DNA of 64,000 nt from an uncultured Dehalococcoidia bacterium (GCA_913052475.1 CAJXEJ010000007.1:911-64910); one strand, 5' to 3'; counted from the stretch's first letter, positions 1 through 9,457 are shown. Numbers and translations: made by a program. Notes: a model not told the origin generated them from the letters alone.

Positions 1-1
1 G

Positions 2-280
2 TCAGAGATCATCACCGCCGTAGGTAAAGGTACCGAGGGCTTACGGCCAGTAATTGAGGATGACGATCCAAACCGCCAAGGACCGACTGCAGTCTTCTAC
101 TTCGATGAAGGCTGGGACGGCCCCTCATCGAAGGAAATACAAGACAACCTGGCATCCGGAAACCCGTCCATACAAGTCGGTGTTGGAAGCTACGGGGATG
201 AGTTATACGTGAGTCCCGTTGCGCTCGAACCCGATGAGGCAGAAATCGTGGCCGAAGCACTTCGATCAGCATTTGGTTAA
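2..280 (+). CDS. 3' end of a CDS that begins upstream of the window (93 codons). Product unassigned, with a weak resemblance to C-termini of SelA/DgaE-like PLP enzymes.
   Basis: The frame is open from the window edge to TAA at 278-280: ...FYFDEGWDGPSSKEIQDNLASGNPSIQVGVGSYGDELYVSPVALEPDEAEIVAEALRSAFG*. The listed antisense ORF 12..311 looks like its shadow. Confidence 0.4.
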   Translation, partial: SEIITAVGKGTEGLRPVIEDDDPNRQGPTAVFYFDEGWDGPSSKEIQDNLASGNPSIQVGVGSYGDELYVSPVALEPDEAEIVAEALRSAFG

Positions 281-364
281 CCACTAACTTTGTGCCGTTT
301 GAAAAAGCCATGTGATCTCAAACGAACACCGCCAATTTGTACAAACCCAAATTAAGGATTACGA

Positions 365-1291
365 ATGAAAGTCGATAGAAACTACCGTTGCAAAGTGGTC
401 AAACCAGACGATTTCGATGAATTCTGGGACGGCGTTCTTAGGGATGTGAACGCGATAGATCTTGATTCCACTATGGAGAAAGACGATCTGCGATCGAACG
501 ACGAAGTCGACGTTTATCAGGTTTATTACAACAGCCTAGACCACGTAAGAATCTCGGCCTGGTATTCGGTACCCAAAGGGGCAACCGGAAATTTGCCGGC
601 GATGATTCAGCTACCCGGCTATCAAAGTGATCCTCCGATCGCCAGAGAGTGGGCTGCGAAAGGATACGCGTGCATTTCAGTTAACCCTCGTGGCAAGGTC
701 AGAAGCCGAACGCAGTTCGATCCTGGCTACCCCGGCCTGCTCACCTACGGAATCGTAGATAAGAATTCGTACTCCTACCGTGGGTTTTACGTTGACGCAT
801 GGCGCGCCGTTGATTTCTTGCTAGGACGGCCAGAAGTCGATGGGGCAAATATTGGTGCAGTCGGAGGTAGTCAAGGCGGTGGACTCGCGATCACAATCTC
901 GGCAATGCGCAAAGAGGTTAAGGCTGTGTCGATAAGCGCACCATATCTATGCGGATACATGGACGCAATTGAATTGACTCACGCATATCCGTTCCATGAG
1001 ATCAACGACTATCTGCACACATACCCGGAGCGTCGCGAGGACATTGAGAACACCGTTGCGTATTTTGACGGTATTTCTTTTGCCGACAAGATCGAATGTG
1101 CTGTCATCCTGAACGTCGGACTCCAAGACAACGTAGTACCGCCCGAAACTGGCTATGCCGTATTCGACGTGATCGCCAGTAGCAACAAGAAGTTATACAA
1201 ATATGACGGCCACGGTCACGATGCTGGTAAGTACGTGCACGGCGCGATTATCGATAAGTTTTTTGAAGCCGAACTGAAGGGTGGGAAGTAA
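365..1291 (+). CDS. CE7-family acetyl xylan esterase / cephalosporin-C deacetylase-like alpha/beta hydrolase
   Basis: Nucleophile elbow AVGGSQGGGLA, later LQDNVVPP and C-terminal GHGHD, giving a Ser/Asp/His arrangement typical of AXE1. AAGGA lies 6 nt before the ATG. Confidence 0.85.
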   Translation: MKVDRNYRCKVVKPDDFDEFWDGVLRDVNAIDLDSTMEKDDLRSNDEVDVYQVYYNSLDHVRISAWYSVPKGATGNLPAMIQLPGYQSDPPIAREWAAKGYACISVNPRGKVRSRTQFDPGYPGLLTYGIVDKNSYSYRGFYVDAWRAVDFLLGRPEVDGANIGAVGGSQGGGLAITISAMRKEVKAVSISAPYLCGYMDAIELTHAYPFHEINDYLHTYPERREDIENTVAYFDGISFADKIECAVILNVGLQDNVVPPETGYAVFDVIASSNKKLYKYDGHGHDAGKYVHGAIIDKFFEAELKGGK

Positions 1292-1295
1292 AGAT

Positions 1296-2216
1296 ATGAC
1301 TGTAATTAAACCCGCTGAGTTCGATAGCTTTTGGGATGATGTCGACAACGATCTTGCCAGTATTTCGATCGCTCCCGAAGTTGAGTACGTCCAATTGCGT
1401 TCAACCGACGATGCCGATCTCTATGGGGTGCGCATTACCAGCATCGGACCATACCGACTATTTGCATATCTGAGCATTCCAAGGGGCGAAGGACCATTCC
1501 CGGCGATCTACTACGTGCCGAAGAACGGAAGCGTTCATGAGGTAATCCCGCAGGGCACTGCGATCGGCATTCGCAGTCGTTACGTGACATTCTCGATTGC
1601 TGGGCGCGGAATGAGAGGCTCAGACAAGCCATACACGGCCATGTATCCGGGACAACTCACTGATGGTTTGGAAAGTGCCGATACGTATGTGTATCGAGGG
1701 ATCATAGCCGACGCAATTCGAGGTTTGGAATACCTGATGACACGCCCAGAAGTCGATTCAACAAGAATAGTCACATGGGGTAACGACATCGCTGTTATGG
1801 TGGCGGCACGTAGAAGTGAAATCACACATGTCGTATCGACCCCGGCCTACCTGTTTGACACGGTTGAGCACGCTCTGAAAACGTCGTCGTATCCGCTTGC
1901 GGAGTACAGCGATTACCTTCGTCTGTACCCCGACAGAAAAAATGAAGTTATATCGATATTGTCAATGTACAACTTGCGTTGGCATGCGCAAGCGGTCAGA
2001 GCGGAAACTCTGTTGAGAGCAGATCACTCAAACGGTATATACAGCCCGGAAGTGCTTGCTGGTTTAGAGAACGGTATCGCCGGAGACGTAACAGTCCACG
2101 AATCGGAAAGATCGAGCTTCAAAGACGGTCTTTTCGCAGAGAAGTGGATCACCGAAAAGTTTTTCGGTCCGGATGTCAAAGCGATCGTTCCTGAACACTG
2201 GCGGAGCACACTTTAA
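1296..2216 (+). CDS. CE7/AXE1-like paralogue lacking the GxSxG nucleophile motif
   Basis: Collinear with the upstream CE7 gene (KPxxFDxFWD N-terminus, RPEVD...). The elbow reads IVTWGNDIAVMVAA instead of GGSQGGG. ATG 1296 is preferred over the GTG 1281 of the ORF track because the upstream gene stops at 1291. Confidence 0.75.
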   Translation: MTVIKPAEFDSFWDDVDNDLASISIAPEVEYVQLRSTDDADLYGVRITSIGPYRLFAYLSIPRGEGPFPAIYYVPKNGSVHEVIPQGTAIGIRSRYVTFSIAGRGMRGSDKPYTAMYPGQLTDGLESADTYVYRGIIADAIRGLEYLMTRPEVDSTRIVTWGNDIAVMVAARRSEITHVVSTPAYLFDTVEHALKTSSYPLAEYSDYLRLYPDRKNEVISILSMYNLRWHAQAVRAETLLRADHSNGIYSPEVLAGLENGIAGDVTVHESERSSFKDGLFAEKWITEKFFGPDVKAIVPEHWRSTL

Positions 2217-2680
2217 CGGTCGATTTGTAGCGTTATACCAAAACCAATACAGGCGGACATCTTGTGCCAGCCAGGGAGTGAAATCGGTATCGTCTCGAGA
2301 CCAAACCTCTCTGAGACTGCCGGAAACAATCGTCCTAATTTATTGTTCATGGTTACCTGATGTTGGGTCGAGTTATCAAAGGACATCTTCCTACTCGTAT
2401 CCGACTAAAACCGAAGAATCGTTTGTGATTGAGAGAATACATTGACTTCAGGTGAAATGGTCACAATCGTCTGGTTGCATATTTGGCAGTAGATTTGACA
2501 TCAACATGAGTGGTCAGACGTGGTGTCTAACGAACAAGTTTCAGTCTTTAGTTTGTGATTTAGAGATGCAGACAAATACCAACGAACACAAGCATCATGC
2601 GACTTAAGAAATTCAAAATGACACTGTGTGGGAGGTCGACACTTCCTTGGCAATCAAGATTTCGCGCGAACTGCGATATC

Positions 2681-3709
2681 CTAATCCACAAATTTATCGG
2701 CGTGGGCGAAAAGTTGAGGGAGGCCGCCAGAGTGGATGAAAACGATCGTTACTTCAGGGTCGATGCGACCGGCGCGTAGTTCGCCGATAAGTCCCGCCAT
2801 CGCCTTGCCGGTGTAGTTGGGATCGAGAATGAGCCCTTCTGCCTTACCAACCATTTGGATGGCTTCGATCACCCGGTCATCGAGGACGCCGTATGCGGGA
2901 CCTCGGTAGTCTTCGAGGATCTGTAGATCGTCTGATTCCAGCGAGTGTTCTAGATCGAACATCTCGACAACCTGGGAAGCACGATCTGCCGTTGCTTTTT
3001 GAAAATCTTCGACCTTGCCGGATGAGTACTGGCAGGCGGTAGTTTGCCAGTTGAGATAGCGGTTCTTGGCGTACAAGCGCAGCCCTGCAATCGATCGACC
3101 TTTGAGTCCCCAGAACCGTACCGGTCCTTCGACGCCGGCATCGGCAAACTGCTGTTCGAGTTCGAGCCCGGCTTCGAGAAATCCGATCATTCCCATTACG
3201 TCGGCGAATGGATCGTTGGGCAGGATGTAAGGTTTTCGGCCAGCTTCTTCTTCTTCGGCGAAGATCTTTTCGGCTACCTGTCGGCCATATTCCGCTGGCG
3301 TGCGATGAATGTTGGCTCCCATGAGTTTGCATAAAAGCAAATTACCGGTCATAGGGGCGTTCACCATATCGGTTGAAACGATGTGGTATTTCAGCCCGGC
3401 CTTGGCACAGCCTGCAGCGATAAAGCGTGCCTGATTCGAGTGATAGTGGTTGATGTTGATGACGGTGTTAAAACCACCTTCAAGTACGTGGGCGATCTCA
3501 AACTCGAAGTGTCGACCCTTGTTGCCACCAAACGCCAAACCCGTTGTATCGTCGCGTTTCACAAGCATTCGGTTCGGCACCGGAACACCCTCATCGATCA
3601 GCGACTGGCGAAGTCGATCGAGCGGTTCCAGTGGTGTATTTAGGTGCGAAAGTTTGAATCTTGGAAGGTTTTCCAGACCCACGCGGAACTGTTCTTGTGA
3701 GATCGTCAC
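2681..3709 (-). CDS. PLP-dependent ACC deaminase / D-cysteine desulfhydrase family enzyme
   Basis: KRDDTTGLAFGGNKGRHFEFE (PLP-lysine motif GGNKxR of this family), with a Trp-synthase-beta-like fold length of 342 aa. Confidence 0.85.
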   Translation of the reverse strand: MTISQEQFRVGLENLPRFKLSHLNTPLEPLDRLRQSLIDEGVPVPNRMLVKRDDTTGLAFGGNKGRHFEFEIAHVLEGGFNTVININHYHSNQARFIAAGCAKAGLKYHIVSTDMVNAPMTGNLLLCKLMGANIHRTPAEYGRQVAEKIFAEEEEAGRKPYILPNDPFADVMGMIGFLEAGLELEQQFADAGVEGPVRFWGLKGRSIAGLRLYAKNRYLNWQTTACQYSSGKVEDFQKATADRASQVVEMFDLEHSLESDDLQILEDYRGPAYGVLDDRVIEAIQMVGKAEGLILDPNYTGKAMAGLIGELRAGRIDPEVTIVFIHSGGLPQLFAHADKFVD

Positions 3710-3722
3710 GAAATTGCCTCGT

Positions 3723-4943
3723 TTATGAAGCCTGAGTCGGCAGCCAGCCCCAGGGTCGGGGGCCGTAATCGAGTGGTTGTGGAAAGCCGTTGCGAACTGC
3801 CATCACGGGCTTTACCGCCTGTGAACCGGTAGCAGTCGCACCTGATGCCTCTTGGAAGAGGAAGTCACCTTCAACAAGATCGAGAATCGAAATATCGGCG
3901 GCAATCCCGACGCTGAGCGAACCAATTATATCTGACATGCCGAGAATTTCGGCAGGTCTTGACGTGGTCATCCGCACAGCATCTTCGAATGAAATGCCGA
4001 GGCTCATCACCTTGCCCATGCACTCTGTCAGCGAAAAGACCGGACCCGTGTGTCGACTCATCGCGGTGATGTCGGAGCTGATCGTGTCGGGCACGAAACC
4101 CTGATCGAGAACAGCTTGTGCGGCAGCAAACGAGAAATTGCCTCCACCGACTCCAATATCGAAGTAGACACCGGCGTCACGTGCATCCTGTGCCTGCGAA
4201 ATCAGCGATCCATTAGCTAGCAGCGCACCGACCGCTCCACTAAGTGTGTGGGTAACGACGTCGCCTGCGGTCAGAATGTCGATGAGAAGCGTAGGTGTAA
4301 GATCGGCAGCAACCGGATCCTGCCCGGCGATATCGCCGACGTGAACCATCATGAATCCACCGGCTTCGTCGACGATCGCTTTTGCTGCCCTTGGCATGTC
4401 GAGTCCCAGCGCGGTAATTCCGGGAGTGACCATTCGAGCTTTCACGCCCTTGATTACATTGGGTGCGGACTGAATCGCCTGAACCGAAGAGGCGTGATCG
4501 ATATCGTCGGTGGTTTTGACCTCTGGGAGATTGGCAACCCCCATTTTGCCGATATTAAGCAATGCCATGAGCCGAGTGGTTGAGTGAGGTGCAAGGAAGT
4601 TAATTAGTGCACCGGCGTTTAGCGCCCCGACCGAACCCGCATCTAGAATGGTCGTTACTCCAGCACTCACACCGGCAACGTCTGGGCTCACCATAAACTC
4701 ATCGTTTGAAGGCTTGCGAATCCCGTCAACCGCGTGGGTATGGAGGTCGATCAGTCCGGGAGTGACGACGAATCCGCTGGCATCGATAACCCGTTTCGTA
4801 GTTGAAGTGTCGATACCTGCTACAACGGCTGAGATTTTCCCGTTGGAGACTGCGACATCGAGCTTTGCGTCGATTGAGTTAGCGGGATCGATTACTCGAC
4901 TGCCAGAAATAACGAGATCGTAGGAAGTAGATTCAGTTGGCAT
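3723..4943 (-). CDS. Amidohydrolase-superfamily metallohydrolase (deacetylase / D-aminoacylase-like)
   Basis: N-terminal beta-sandwich region followed by PGLIDLHTHA (HxH metal site). 406 aa. Lies 13 nt upstream of the ACC-deaminase-like gene, so a likely operon. Confidence 0.8.
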   Translation of the reverse strand: MPTESTSYDLVISGSRVIDPANSIDAKLDVAVSNGKISAVVAGIDTSTTKRVIDASGFVVTPGLIDLHTHAVDGIRKPSNDEFMVSPDVAGVSAGVTTILDAGSVGALNAGALINFLAPHSTTRLMALLNIGKMGVANLPEVKTTDDIDHASSVQAIQSAPNVIKGVKARMVTPGITALGLDMPRAAKAIVDEAGGFMMVHVGDIAGQDPVAADLTPTLLIDILTAGDVVTHTLSGAVGALLANGSLISQAQDARDAGVYFDIGVGGGNFSFAAAQAVLDQGFVPDTISSDITAMSRHTGPVFSLTECMGKVMSLGISFEDAVRMTTSRPAEILGMSDIIGSLSVGIAADISILDLVEGDFLFQEASGATATGSQAVKPVMAVRNGFPQPLDYGPRPWGWLPTQAS

Positions 4944-4977
4944 ATTTTCGGATTTGTGAGCTAGATCATTTTGATTG

Positions 4978-5003
4978 TCATCCTGAATACATATTCAGGA
5001 TCA
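4978..5003. promoter_or_regulatory. Palindromic candidate operator TCATCCTGAA-tacata-TTCAGGATCA
   Basis: 11 of 13 self-complementary positions per arm. Lies 35-60 nt upstream of the start codon at 4943. Related copies at 6836..6861 and 61151..61175, and a half-site at 5065..5074. Confidence 0.45.
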
Positions 5004-5599
5004 AACACAGAATTCCGTGAATGAACGATTTAGCCAGTGATTGTGAGGGAGCAAACGCCCGTTGTCATCCTGAACACATGTACACAATAGACCCGTTCAG
5101 ATTCGTTCTGAACGGTATGTTGCGCAATCGATAATGGTTACTAGAAAGTTCGAACCTCTCTTGCTGGAGCCTGCAGAGCGAAAGGCAAATCCTTTTCCGA
5201 GCGGTTTGAATTGAGTTGATGCGAACTGCTCTCAATGGCGTCAATATCTCAGAGTCACGCCACCCTGTTCAGTTGTTTCGATCACTTCGTGCAGGAATGT
5301 GACGACAGTTCCTGCGGTCGCTTCGGCATCTTCTTCAGTCGTGCAAACAGAAAGCAAGATCAAGACGAGAATCGCTAGCCCGGTGATAAACGTTGGCAGA
5401 ATTTTCTAATCGAGTGACATCGAACACCCACCAACGTCGAAAATGCCAACGTACCTATCCTTACGTGAAACGCAGCTTATACGTGACATCGTGAGGGGTG
5501 CATGAATTCGGTGGATGGCTCAGTAGTACACGGCTATTCAGAGACGATTGAGTCAGGGTTATGAGAATGACAGGAGTCCGTCGTGAAAACGATTGGCGA

Positions 5600-6769
5600 T
5601 CAATATTCTCGCAGGCTGCCATCGAGATTGATTAGTGCGGGGCGGTCGTAGGGAACGGGGGGGTAGTGCTTGAAGGCTTCTTCGTTTAGTTCGATTCCGA
5701 TGCCGGGTTTGGCAGGAACCTCGATGTAGCCGCCTACTCGTTTCAGTGGTTCTTGAACGAGTTCGGCCTTGATACCTGAGTCATCGTCGTACGGGTATTC
5801 CTGAACGGGGATGTTGTGAGTTGCGGCATCGATCTGAACACAGGCCGCAGTCAGCACGCAGCTAAGCGGGTTATGCGGAACGACTCCAACGTACGTCGAT
5901 TCGGCGATGGCAGCAATCTTCTTTACGTTGGTTATGCCGCCGGCAAGCGATAGATCAGGACGGACGAACGCTGCGCCTTGGTGATTTAAGAGTTCGCGGA
6001 ACTGGTAGATAGTGTAGAGACGCTCTCCCATCGCCAACGGAATCGGCTGCTGTTGTGCGACCCATCCCCACTGGTCCATATTTTCTGGTTCGATCGGGTC
6101 TTCGTAAAAGTAAAGATTGAACGGCTCAAGTGCCCTGCCCAGTCCGATCGCTTCGGCTGGTGTCAACCGATTTACGACGTCGATCATCAGGTCGACATCT
6201 GGTCCTGCAGCTTCCCGAACTGCAGCCACCCGCTCGACTGCGTTGTTTTGCATGCCCGTAAAGCTCATCGTTTCGAGCCCTATCCCTTCCTCAAAATTGG
6301 AGTTGCCGAAATTGCCGAACGGGTAGATGCGCAGTGCCGTGAAACCTTCTTCGACCCGCGCTGCCGCTTCTTCGGCAAGAGTTTCGGGCGTATTACCGCC
6401 AAGGTGGGTGTAGAGGCGAACTTTCTCTCGTGTCGGCCCGCCCAGTAGTTCGTAAACGGGCTTGTTGAGTGACTTGCCCTTGATATCCCACAGAGCGATA
6501 TCGATTGCACCAATCGCCGCCATCATGTCCGATCCGCCCCGGAATAGCTGGCGACGGAACATGTGCTGCCAGTGCCGCTCGGTGTGCAAGGGATCCTTGC
6601 CTACGAGATATTCGGCGCAGTACTCGACCGCTGCCCGCGGCACGAACGGTGTGCCGCCGGTTCCCGATGCCGGATGGAGCTCACCGACACCCGTTATGCC
6701 TTCGTCGGTTTCAACCTTCACGTAGTTGAATCGTGCGACGGGGAGAGTTGTTACTGCTGTGACTTTCAT
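5600..6769 (-). CDS. Enolase-superfamily (mandelate racemase/muconate lactonizing) acid-sugar dehydratase-like enzyme
   Basis: N-terminal capping-domain signature VKVETDEGITGVGE and a typical ~390 aa length. Confidence 0.85.
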   Translation of the reverse strand: MKVTAVTTLPVARFNYVKVETDEGITGVGELHPASGTGGTPFVPRAAVEYCAEYLVGKDPLHTERHWQHMFRRQLFRGGSDMMAAIGAIDIALWDIKGKSLNKPVYELLGGPTREKVRLYTHLGGNTPETLAEEAAARVEEGFTALRIYPFGNFGNSNFEEGIGLETMSFTGMQNNAVERVAAVREAAGPDVDLMIDVVNRLTPAEAIGLGRALEPFNLYFYEDPIEPENMDQWGWVAQQQPIPLAMGERLYTIYQFRELLNHQGAAFVRPDLSLAGGITNVKKIAAIAESTYVGVVPHNPLSCVLTAACVQIDAATHNIPVQEYPYDDDSGIKAELVQEPLKRVGGYIEVPAKPGIGIELNEEAFKHYPPVPYDRPALINLDGSLREY

Positions 6770-6835
6770 GATTTTCTATCCTGGCGCAGCCGCCTGACCT
6801 GCGGTGGCAACCCGGCCGTGCATCCGTACATGGGA

Positions 6836-6861
6836 TCAACCTGACGGTTGCGTCAGGATGA
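6836..6861. promoter_or_regulatory. Second copy of the palindromic candidate operator (TCAACCTGAC-ggttgc-GTCAGGATGA)
   Basis: Sits in the divergent region between the enolase gene (start 6769) and the oxidoreductase gene (start 7070). Same half-site consensus and N6 spacing as 4978..5003. Confidence 0.45.
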
Positions 6862-7069
6862 CACTTACAGACGTTACGGTTGAATACTGGTTGGCGCATT
6901 GAACACCCGCATGGGAGAAACAGCAATAGGGTGGTCGAGTTGTTGATAGCACCCGAACGCACCTTCACGGGTATAAACTCAGCGGGCATTTTTCGCAGAT
7001 GCGGTCGGTTCTTCTAGTCCTGCTGCGTTTTCTCTCTATTCGTTAACTGGATACAAGGAACAAACTCTC

Positions 7070-8242
7070 ATGGCAGGACCTCTGCGCGTCGGATTGATCG
7101 GCGTCGGCCAACGTGGACTTCAGCACGTTAATGCGCTGACAAACATGCAGTCGGACGAGATCGTCCAGATAACTGCGCTAGCAGATCCCTACCCTGAGAA
7201 CCTCAAAGAGTCGAAGATTTCGAGCCATGTCGACGGCTACTCACCCGCAGGTATTCAGATGTTCGACAGTGCCGACGGAATGATCGAGTCAGGCCTCGTC
7301 GACGCCATCTGGTTCGTCATACCACCGAACCAGCACAAAGGTGAGATTGAACGAGCCGCAAAGCGCGAAATCGCCATCTTTGCCGAGAAACCACAATCGC
7401 TGTTCCTCGACGACATCATTTCTCAGGACGCTGCGATCACCAAGGCTGGTGTGCCGAGCACGGTCGGGTTTCAGATGCGACACGATCGCGGCTACACCGA
7501 TATCCACAACTACCTCAGCGACAAGTGGGTTGCTGCCATGACGATGATCGCCGAAGGTGCAGTCGAAGGTCACGGCGTAAAACACACCCACACTGAAGAG
7601 CAGGGTGGCCCCGCCAACCGTGTTTGGACAGCTAACCGGGCATGGTCGGGTACTTCAATTGTCGAAGCCGGAATCCACCAGACCGACATCATGCGCTACT
7701 GGTCGGGCGATGACGTTGACTGGGTGCGGGCGACCTACACTGACCGTCCTGCTGAGCTGCACGACACCGAGGGTGACAACCCGATTGCCTACACCGTCAC
7801 CTACGGGATGAAGAAGGGCGGCGTCGCCAACTTGATTTTCACGAAACCGGCACGGTCGTACTACGGTGGTCGATTCGACTGCATCATTCACACGCACGGC
7901 ACGATCAAGCTGGAAGACGACTTTGTTGATTACACATTTGATGGCGACTGGCCACCGGCGAACAATCCGACCATCGATCAGGTCAGAAAGGTCATTTCAG
8001 CAGGTCCGCACAATACAGCGATGGGCGGCGAGAGCACGCTGGCAATCGGCAAGTCGTTTGCGACTTCGATTGTTGAATGCAAGCCGGAGAATCGCTTGAA
8101 TTCGTTCAACTCGTCGATCAACTCGTTGGCTGCTGTACTTGCTGCGAATATTTCTAACGACCTCGGTGGCGAGAAGATCGTTATCGATGAGTTCATCAAC
8201 GACGACAAGTACGCTCAGTATCGGGTAAACCCGAACAGGTAG
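7070..8242 (+). CDS. Gfo/Idh/MocA-family NAD(P)-dependent oxidoreductase
   Basis: Rossmann N-terminus LRVGLIGVGQRGLQH. 390 aa. Confidence 0.8.
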   Translation: MAGPLRVGLIGVGQRGLQHVNALTNMQSDEIVQITALADPYPENLKESKISSHVDGYSPAGIQMFDSADGMIESGLVDAIWFVIPPNQHKGEIERAAKREIAIFAEKPQSLFLDDIISQDAAITKAGVPSTVGFQMRHDRGYTDIHNYLSDKWVAAMTMIAEGAVEGHGVKHTHTEEQGGPANRVWTANRAWSGTSIVEAGIHQTDIMRYWSGDDVDWVRATYTDRPAELHDTEGDNPIAYTVTYGMKKGGVANLIFTKPARSYYGGRFDCIIHTHGTIKLEDDFVDYTFDGDWPPANNPTIDQVRKVISAGPHNTAMGGESTLAIGKSFATSIVECKPENRLNSFNSSINSLAAVLAANISNDLGGEKIVIDEFINDDKYAQYRVNPNR

Positions 8243-8269
8243 TCGATCAACTTCACGGAGAAGAAACAA

Positions 8270-9457
8270 TTGCCAGTATCAGGTGAGTGGTTCACGCCGA
8301 CCGGATTGAGTTTCAATTCGGTCGTGGCGCGACCTGATACGACGTGGGTGCATTTTTCGTTTAGCGATGACGATGGAATAGTTGGACAGGGCGAGATCAC
8401 CGATACACAAGTCGACCAATCGATCGCACCGATTGTTGCGAGATTGGCGGATCGACTGCGCGGTCAGAAACTTACGAGTGATTCAGATGTCATCACGCTG
8501 AATAACCTTACCGCCGAACAACTGGAAGAAGACGTTCCGCTGGCGACCGCTGTGAGTGGATTGCGTTGTGCAGTAGTTGATGCGCTGGCACAGCGAGCAC
8601 AATTGTCTTTAGTCGACTATTTGCGGGTTTCGTTCGGCCACGAAGGCAAGGCAGAACAAAAAGTCCGGCTCTATTCGAATATCAACAGGGCGCTCAAACC
8701 GGATTTCGATGGTTCGAACGACCGATCCCCTGACGGATTCGCCGAGATGGCAGAGCGGGCGATGGAAGCCGGATTTACGACTGCCAAGTGCGCTCCATTC
8801 GACGAATGCATGGCACCGTTCAATAATTCCGGATTACCACGTGAAGCCGAGATGGGCCTCGATCGTATTCGAGCTGCCAAAGCCGTTATTGGCCCAGATC
8901 GTACGTTGCTGGTTGACTGCCACTCGCGCTTCGATCTCGAATCTGCACTGGCGCTCGAACCCGAACTGCGAAAAGAGGGTGTCGGCTGGTTCGAAGAGCC
9001 GGTTGACCCGATTACGATGGCCGACGATCTTCGCATCATCCGTGACAAGGCCGAGATGACGATGGCCGGGGCCGAGATGGGCTACGGTGTCGCATTCTTC
9101 ACCAAGCTCATGGAAGAAGATGTTTTGGACGTCGTGATGCCTGACGTGAAGTTCTGCGGAGGGCCGGTCGAGGCGTATCTGATAGGTCGAGAGCTTGAGG
9201 CGCGCTGGGAGGGCTCGGTTTCCATGCATTGCCCATCGGGTCCGCTTTCACTACTGGCTTCGGCGCACGCAACGGCTGCGTTTGGAAACAAAATCCCACT
9301 CGAACATGCCGTTTACGAGGCAGAATGGCGTCACGAGGTGCTGGAGCCTTTCGAGACCATCAAAGATGGATATTTGGAGCTGACGGATGGATATGGGCTC
9401 GGAGGCCGTGTCGATCCGGTGACTGTTGCGATGCGAGGCCGTGCCTGGACTGAGTAG
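8270..9457 (+). CDS. Enolase-superfamily (MR/MLE) enzyme, divergent member
   Basis: FSDDDGIVGQGEITD capping region, later LLVDCHSRF and WFEEP barrel motifs. TTG start with GGAGAAG 8 nt upstream. Confidence 0.8.
   Translation: MPVSGEWFTPTGLSFNSVVARPDTTWVHFSFSDDDGIVGQGEITDTQVDQSIAPIVARLADRLRGQKLTSDSDVITLNNLTAEQLEEDVPLATAVSGLRCAVVDALAQRAQLSLVDYLRVSFGHEGKAEQKVRLYSNINRALKPDFDGSNDRSPDGFAEMAERAMEAGFTTAKCAPFDECMAPFNNSGLPREAEMGLDRIRAAKAVIGPDRTLLVDCHSRFDLESALALEPELRKEGVGWFEEPVDPITMADDLRIIRDKAEMTMAGAEMGYGVAFFTKLMEEDVLDVVMPDVKFCGGPVEAYLIGRELEARWEGSVSMHCPSGPLSLLASAHATAAFGNKIPLEHAVYEAEWRHEVLEPFETIKDGYLELTDGYGLGGRVDPVTVAMRGRAWTE

Noticed and set aside
12-311. 99-aa minus-strand ORF at the window start
   Set aside because: It is Arg/Pro/Leu-rich with no motif. 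It lies fully antisense to a better + strand frame that is open to the window edge, so it is treated as a shadow ORF.
1102-1114. Coding-region matches to the operator half-site (TGTCATCCTGAAC at 1102..1114; CATCCTGAACGT also at 61655..61666)
   Set aside because: Both lie inside CDSs and simply encode the peptide I-L-N-V with the preferred codons. There is no matching right arm, so they are regarded as coincidental.
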